From an uncultured Chloroflexota bacterium (lineage in GTDB: Bacteria; Chloroflexota; UBA6077; CF-72), in assembly GCA_964435115.1 (NCBI GenBank), contig CAYSYM010000005.1:7134-71133 (forward strand): a stretch of 64,000 bases of DNA, in the 5' to 3' direction. The translations under genes were made by a program, and so were the position numbers. The notes beneath the pieces were generated by a model. That model had not been told where the DNA came from and made no database searches. It saw only the letters and a list, made by a program, of their open reading frames with translations. The number at the start of each line of letters is the position of its first letter. Position 1 is the first letter of the stretch. Positions 59,993 through 64,000 of this stretch are shown in pieces.

Positions 59993-60790
59993 TTAGTCGC
60001 CAGAGGCCGCGTTTGCCTGCACTTCGCGCTGCAGGAGTCCCCAGGCGCGCTCCCGGAGCGGCACAAACTCCGGGTGGGCCTTCACGTCATACTCCCACCG
60101 CGGTCGTGGCAGCGGCACGGGGATGATCTCCCGGATCTGCCCGGGCCGCGCCGAGATCACCACGATCCGGTCGCCGAGCGCAATCGCCTCGTCGATGCTG
60201 TGGGTGATGAAGATGACCGTCTGCCCCGTCTGCGCGATGATGCGCTCGAGCTCACTCTGCATGACCTCGCGGGTCATGGCGTCCACCGCCGCGAACGGCT
60301 CGTCCATGAGCAGGATCTGCGGCTCGGTGACGAGGGCCCGGGCGAGACCCACCCGCTGCCGCATGCCACCGGACAGTTCGTGTGGGTAGCTCTTCTCGAA
60401 GCCTTGCAGCCCCACCAGGTCGATGAAACGCTGCACCTTCTCCCGCGCGCCCGGCTCCTTCATGCGGCCCTGGAGCTCGAGGCCGAAGGCGACGTTCCGC
60501 CACACGGTCAGCCACGGCATGAGCGCGTACTCCTGGAAGACCATGGCGCGCTCCCGGCCGGGGCCGGTGACCGGCCGCTCCGCGACGGAGATGGTGCCGG
60601 CGGCCGGCGGCAGCAGGCCGGCCACGACGTTGATCAAGGTGGTCTTGCCGCAGCCGGACGGACCGAGGATGGTGAGGAACTCACCCCGCTCCACGCTCAG
60701 CGTGACGTCCCTCAGCGCCACCAGGCGCGTCTTCTGGCGCCGCAGGTCGTATTCGATGGTGAGGTTCGTCGCTTCGACGACCGCCGTCAT
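59993..60790 (-). CDS. ABC transporter ATP-binding protein (NitT/TauT family)
   Basis: GPSGCGKTT, LSGGMRQR and LLMDEPFAAVD motifs. ATG at 60790 (MTAVVEATNL…). The ORF-track start at 60883 is an upstream extension. Confidence 0.8.
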   Translation of the reverse strand: MTAVVEATNLTIEYDLRRQKTRLVALRDVTLSVERGEFLTILGPSGCGKTTLINVVAGLLPPAAGTISVAERPVTGPGRERAMVFQEYALMPWLTVWRNVAFGLELQGRMKEPGAREKVQRFIDLVGLQGFEKSYPHELSGGMRQRVGLARALVTEPQILLMDEPFAAVDAMTREVMQSELERIIAQTGQTVIFITHSIDEAIALGDRIVVISARPGQIREIIPVPLPRPRWEYDVKAHPEFVPLRERAWGLLQREVQANAASGD

Positions 60791-60912
60791 GCAGTCCCCC
60801 GAGCAGCCGAGCACGGGGGATGCCCCCCCATACGTCTGAGCTAGAGTAGACGATGGTGCTTCAGGATACAAGGCTGAATACAACCGGCCCGGAGGCTGCC
60901 ACCGCGCTGGCG

Positions 60913-62220
60913 ATGGACAGCGCCGCGGCCACCCGGGAGCGCACGGCGGTGCTGTGGCTGACCAGCGTCTCGCACGCGGTCGATCATTTCCAGCAGCAGT
61001 TCCTCTCGGCGCTGTACCCGGTCATCATGGCCGAGCTGGGCTTCGGCTACGCGCAGCTCGGCATCCTGACGGCCGCCCGGTCGCTACTCGCCAGCGGCAT
61101 GCAGGTCGCCTTTGGCTTCTTCGCCGCGTTCGTCCGCCGCTCCAGGCTGCTCGGCACCGGTACGCTGGTCGCGGCCTTCGGAACGTTCCTGACGGGCCTG
61201 GCAGGCTCGTACGCGGGCCTGCTCGGCGCCCGCGGCGTCTTCTCGCTCGGTTCGAGCGCCCAGCACCCTGTTGGTGCCAGCCTGCTCGCCGGCTACTTCC
61301 CGAGCCGCCCAGGCACGGTGCTGGCGCTCAATTCCAGCGTCGCCAACGTCGGCGCGCTGCTGGCGCCGCTGTCGGTCGGAGCCTTCCTGGCGCTGATGGG
61401 CTGGCGACAGGCGTTCCTCGTTCTGTCGCTGGTGAGCCTGGCCATGGGCGCCGCGTTCTTCCTGTTGCTGCGGGAGCGTCCACGCACCACGGCCAGCGCG
61501 ACCTCGGGGTGCACGCGCCTGGCCGAGGGCGCGTCGAGCTACCTGCGGGTGCTGCGCAACCGGAACATGCTGGTAGTAGCCCTGGCGATGATGGTCGGGG
61601 CGGCCGGTCGCGGCGAGGGCGTCAACGTGACCTTCATCGCCCCACACCTGGTCAACGACCTCGGTCTCACAGTGGGGATGGCGGGCCTGGCGCTCGCGCT
61701 CCAGCAGGCTGGCGGCATCGTGGGGCCGCTGGGGTTTGGCTGGCTATCAGACCGCTCCTCGCGGAAGCGGGTCGTGCAGGCGTCCCTGGCGGTCTCGGCC
61801 ATCGCCACCTGGTGGCTGGTCACGCTTGGAGGCGACCTGGTGATCCTCCTTCCGGGTCTGCTGGTCTACGGCGCGCTTACCTACTCGCGCTTGACCCTCA
61901 CCCAGGCCCTGGTGGCGGACGCGGTCGAGGATACGGATCGCGATGCCGCCTTCAGCCTGTTCTACTTTCTCGCGTTCGTCTCCGGGCCGCTCTGGACGCT
62001 GGTGACCGGGTTCTTGATGGAGGCGGTCGGGTTCGGGGTCGCCTTCTCGGTGCTGGGCTTCTCCTACCTGGTCGGCGTCGGCCTGCTGGGCCTCGTCCGC
62101 GAAGCCCCGCGCCCCGCCCAGGCAGCCTCTTCCTCGGCAGTTGGCAGCTCCTCGGCCAGCGGATCGACCCAATCCTCTTCACCACGCCCAGCGCGGTTGT
62201 CGCCGCCGGGGCCACGATGA
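60913..62220 (+). CDS. MFS transporter
   Basis: 12-TM MFS with a …DRSSRKR… loop motif. ATG 60913 is preferred. The C-terminal Ser-rich tail is of uncertain reality. Confidence 0.7.
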   Translation: MDSAAATRERTAVLWLTSVSHAVDHFQQQFLSALYPVIMAELGFGYAQLGILTAARSLLASGMQVAFGFFAAFVRRSRLLGTGTLVAAFGTFLTGLAGSYAGLLGARGVFSLGSSAQHPVGASLLAGYFPSRPGTVLALNSSVANVGALLAPLSVGAFLALMGWRQAFLVLSLVSLAMGAAFFLLLRERPRTTASATSGCTRLAEGASSYLRVLRNRNMLVVALAMMVGAAGRGEGVNVTFIAPHLVNDLGLTVGMAGLALALQQAGGIVGPLGFGWLSDRSSRKRVVQASLAVSAIATWWLVTLGGDLVILLPGLLVYGALTYSRLTLTQALVADAVEDTDRDAAFSLFYFLAFVSGPLWTLVTGFLMEAVGFGVAFSVLGFSYLVGVGLLGLVREAPRPAQAASSSAVGSSSASGSTQSSSPRPARLSPPGPR

Positions 62221-62398
62221 TCGGCAGCGGCGCGCTGGGGACCCACCTGTGGCCTAACCTGGTGGTGCTCGTCGTCGAGCCCAACCCGATCACCGCCGAT
62301 AGGACGCTCGGGATGTTTTTCGGCCACACCTTCATCGCCACCCTGGATGGCAAGGAGTGCGTCGACGACTTCCCATGCCAGCTCACGGAGGTCCGCGT

Positions 62399-63544
62399 AT
62401 GAGTGCAGCGCCAGCCGACCCGCGGGTGGCGGCCGCGCTCGCCCACTGGGGGCCGCGCTTCATCGCCAACGGGATCGACTACAACGACTTCCTGGCCACG
62501 ACGGCGCGGGTCGCGCGGTGGAGCCAGTGGTGCGCCGAGTGGCAGAAGACGGCGGCGATCCACGAGCAGCTCGCGCGCGACGCCGAGGCCCGGCGCAGCC
62601 CGCGGTCTGCGGCGGACGCGTACGTCCGCGCGGCGCTGTGCCACCATTTCGGCAAGTTCCTCTTCTTCGACGACCTGGCCCAGCTCCAGGCGGCCTCCGC
62701 GGCGACGGTGGCCACCTACCGCAAGGCCGCCCCCCTGCTCGATCCTCCCGCCGAGCCGGTGGCGATCCCCTACGCCGGCACACCCCTGCCCGGCTACCTG
62801 CGGCAACCCCGCGGGAGCCAGCGCCCGCCCGTGGTCGTGCTGCTGGCCGGGTTGGACTCGGTCAAGGAGGAGTTCCACGCCTTCGAGCCGCTGTTCCTCG
62901 CCCGGGGGATGGCCACCCTCAGCTTCGACGGCCCCGGCCAGGGGGAGCGGGAGTTCGACCTCCCCATCGAGCCGGCCTACGAGCGCGTCGTCGCCGCCGT
63001 GGTGGACTGGCTGCTTGGACGACCAGACGTGGACGGCTCGCGGGTGGCCGTCGCCGGCGTGAGCCTGGGCGGGTACTACGCCGGCCGGGCGGCCGCGTTC
63101 GAGCCGCGGCTCGCCGGCGCCGTTGCGATCGGCGGGCCGTACGACTTCGGGGCGACCTTCGACCAGCTCCCGCCCCTGACCAAGCAGGCCTTCCAGGTCC
63201 GCAGCCATGCGCCCGACTTCCCCGCCGCCCGCGAGCGGGCGCGGACGCTGACGCTCCGCGACGCGGCGCCGCGTATCCACATGCCGTTCCTGATCGTCTT
63301 CGGCCGGCAGGACCGCTTGATCCCCTACCAGCAGGCCGAGCAGCTGTTCGCCGAGATCCCCGCCCAGGAGAAGCAGCTCGCGCTGTTCCCCGAGGGCAAC
63401 CACGTCTGCAACAACATGCCCTACGCCTACCGCCCGCTCGTGGCCGACTGGGTGGCCGAGCGGCTGGGCGCCGGGTCACGGCCTACCCGCAGCGGCGGAA
63501 GCCGCGGGGGTAGGCGTGGAGGGCCTCCACCCCGTTCGGCGTGA
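62399..63544 (+). CDS. alpha/beta-hydrolase-fold protein (FrsA/dienelactone-hydrolase-like)
   Basis: GVSLGGY nucleophile-elbow (G-x-S-x-G) and a catalytic-triad arrangement. ATG 62399 with a GGAGG RBS. The 3' end is uncertain because it overlaps the convergent M24 gene. Confidence 0.7.
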   Translation: MSAAPADPRVAAALAHWGPRFIANGIDYNDFLATTARVARWSQWCAEWQKTAAIHEQLARDAEARRSPRSAADAYVRAALCHHFGKFLFFDDLAQLQAASAATVATYRKAAPLLDPPAEPVAIPYAGTPLPGYLRQPRGSQRPPVVVLLAGLDSVKEEFHAFEPLFLARGMATLSFDGPGQGEREFDLPIEPAYERVVAAVVDWLLGRPDVDGSRVAVAGVSLGGYYAGRAAAFEPRLAGAVAIGGPYDFGATFDQLPPLTKQAFQVRSHAPDFPAARERARTLTLRDAAPRIHMPFLIVFGRQDRLIPYQQAEQLFAEIPAQEKQLALFPEGNHVCNNMPYAYRPLVADWVAERLGAGSRPTRSGGSRGGRRGGPPPRSA

Positions 63545-64000
63545 TGCGCACGAGTTCGCCGACCTGAACGCCGGCACGGCGGTCGGGTGTGACCACGTTC
63601 GGCTGGACGACCACCACCATGCCCGCGCGGAAGGTGAACTCGGGCACCGGCCCGTGCTGCGCGCTGCGCGACCGCAGCACGGGCGGTAGGTAGCCCCCGC
63701 CGAAGCCGTGCAGCAGGTCGTCGTAGATGGTGAACCCGGCGTCCTCGATCACCCCGGCCGCCTCGACCACCTCCACCGCCGTCGCCCCGTCGCGCAAGGC
63801 ACCGCACACCCGATCGAACGCCTCTTCGGCGACCGCGTGCAGGCGCTGGTAGAGCGACGGGGGATCGGCAGCGATGGCGAAAGTGCGCAGTACCTGGCCG
63901 GCGTACCCCCACACCTGGGCGCTCACCTCGACGAAGAGCACGTCGCCAATCTCCAGTGGCCGCGGCCGCGGCCGCGGCGCCGGCACGCACACGCCCGGGT
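63483..64000 (-). CDS. M24-family metallopeptidase (prolidase/creatinase-like), C-terminal part; gene start lies right of the window
   Basis: …HGFGGGYLPPVL…FRAGMVVVVQPNVV…GVQVGELVRITPNGVEALHAYPRGF is the typical pita-bread-fold C-terminus. Confidence 0.65.
   Translation of the reverse strand, partial: PGVCVPAPRPRPRPLEIGDVLFVEVSAQVWGYAGQVLRTFAIAADPPSLYQRLHAVAEEAFDRVCGALRDGATAVEVVEAAGVIEDAGFTIYDDLLHGFGGGYLPPVLRSRSAQHGPVPEFTFRAGMVVVVQPNVVTPDRRAGVQVGELVRITPNGVEALHAYPRGFRRCG

Noticed and set aside
63427-63990. 187-aa Arg-rich minus-strand ORF overlapping the M24 peptidase fragment in another frame
   Set aside because: A low-complexity GC-frame artefact. The overlapping frame 63483..63992 has clear M24 C-terminal motifs.

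Overview
This is a roughly 70% GC bacterial chromosomal window with Actinobacteria- or Chloroflexi-like codon usage and GGAGG-type ribosome-binding sites. It is densely coding and mostly housekeeping or metabolic, with no rRNA, tRNA, CRISPR array or transposase recognised. Coordinates were checked against the printed sequence. The ORF track translates GTG starts as M.

Genes I can support, in order:
- a C-terminal LLM/F420-type oxidoreductase fragment at the left edge, a Tat-secreted six-hairpin glycosidase and an FGGY sugar kinase;
- a VapC-type PIN toxin / HTH-antitoxin pair with an adjacent serine-recombinase-like remnant;
- Hsp20, Pth, and a LysE-family exporter gene broken by an in-frame TAG;
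- two TerC-family genes with 709-bp identical cores bracketing a tctCBA transporter operon plus a 1.1-kb gene-poor stretch;
- an NRAMP-like transporter, a DUF421 protein, an OmpR/histidine-kinase two-component system, and sucA-sucB;
- the trehalose/glycogen genes treZ-treY and glgP, an Rrf2 regulator, Sua5/TsaC, and dnaA with no dnaN after it;
- two tandem ABC ATPase / ABC-2 permease pairs coupled by GTGA overlaps, moaD-moaE, an SRPBCC protein, and an MFS transporter;
- a CheY-like receiver, a 0.9-kb apparently empty gap, a PilZ protein, and an orphan form-II CoxL-like molybdenum hydroxylase;
- a roughly 16-kb catabolic island holding an amidohydrolase, a Gfo/Idh/MocA oxidoreductase, a cupin, two creatininase-family paralogs, a GntR regulator, a TPP enzyme, a Zn-ADH, an ICDH/IPMDH-family dehydrogenase, a DapA-like aldolase, a NitT/TauT-type ABC uptake system, an MFS transporter, an α/β-hydrolase and a truncated M24 peptidase.

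The observations most worth a second look are:
- the TerC 709-bp direct repeat flanking tctCBA, a Campbell-type integration or amplification signature;
- a duplicated 5' fragment of the GntR regulator gene, with its upstream DNA, parked in front of the DapA-like gene;
- three CTCTAAYGG repeats phased at 22 bp upstream of hsp20, with the same CTAATGGCTCGT core upstream of the NRAMP-like gene;
- the amber-interrupted LysE gene;
- the VapBC module with a recombinase remnant and an alternating half-site operator;
- two roughly 1-kb gene-poor regions that I cannot explain.

Nothing here matches a known defence system. No candidate for a completely novel system can be established from sequence reading alone.
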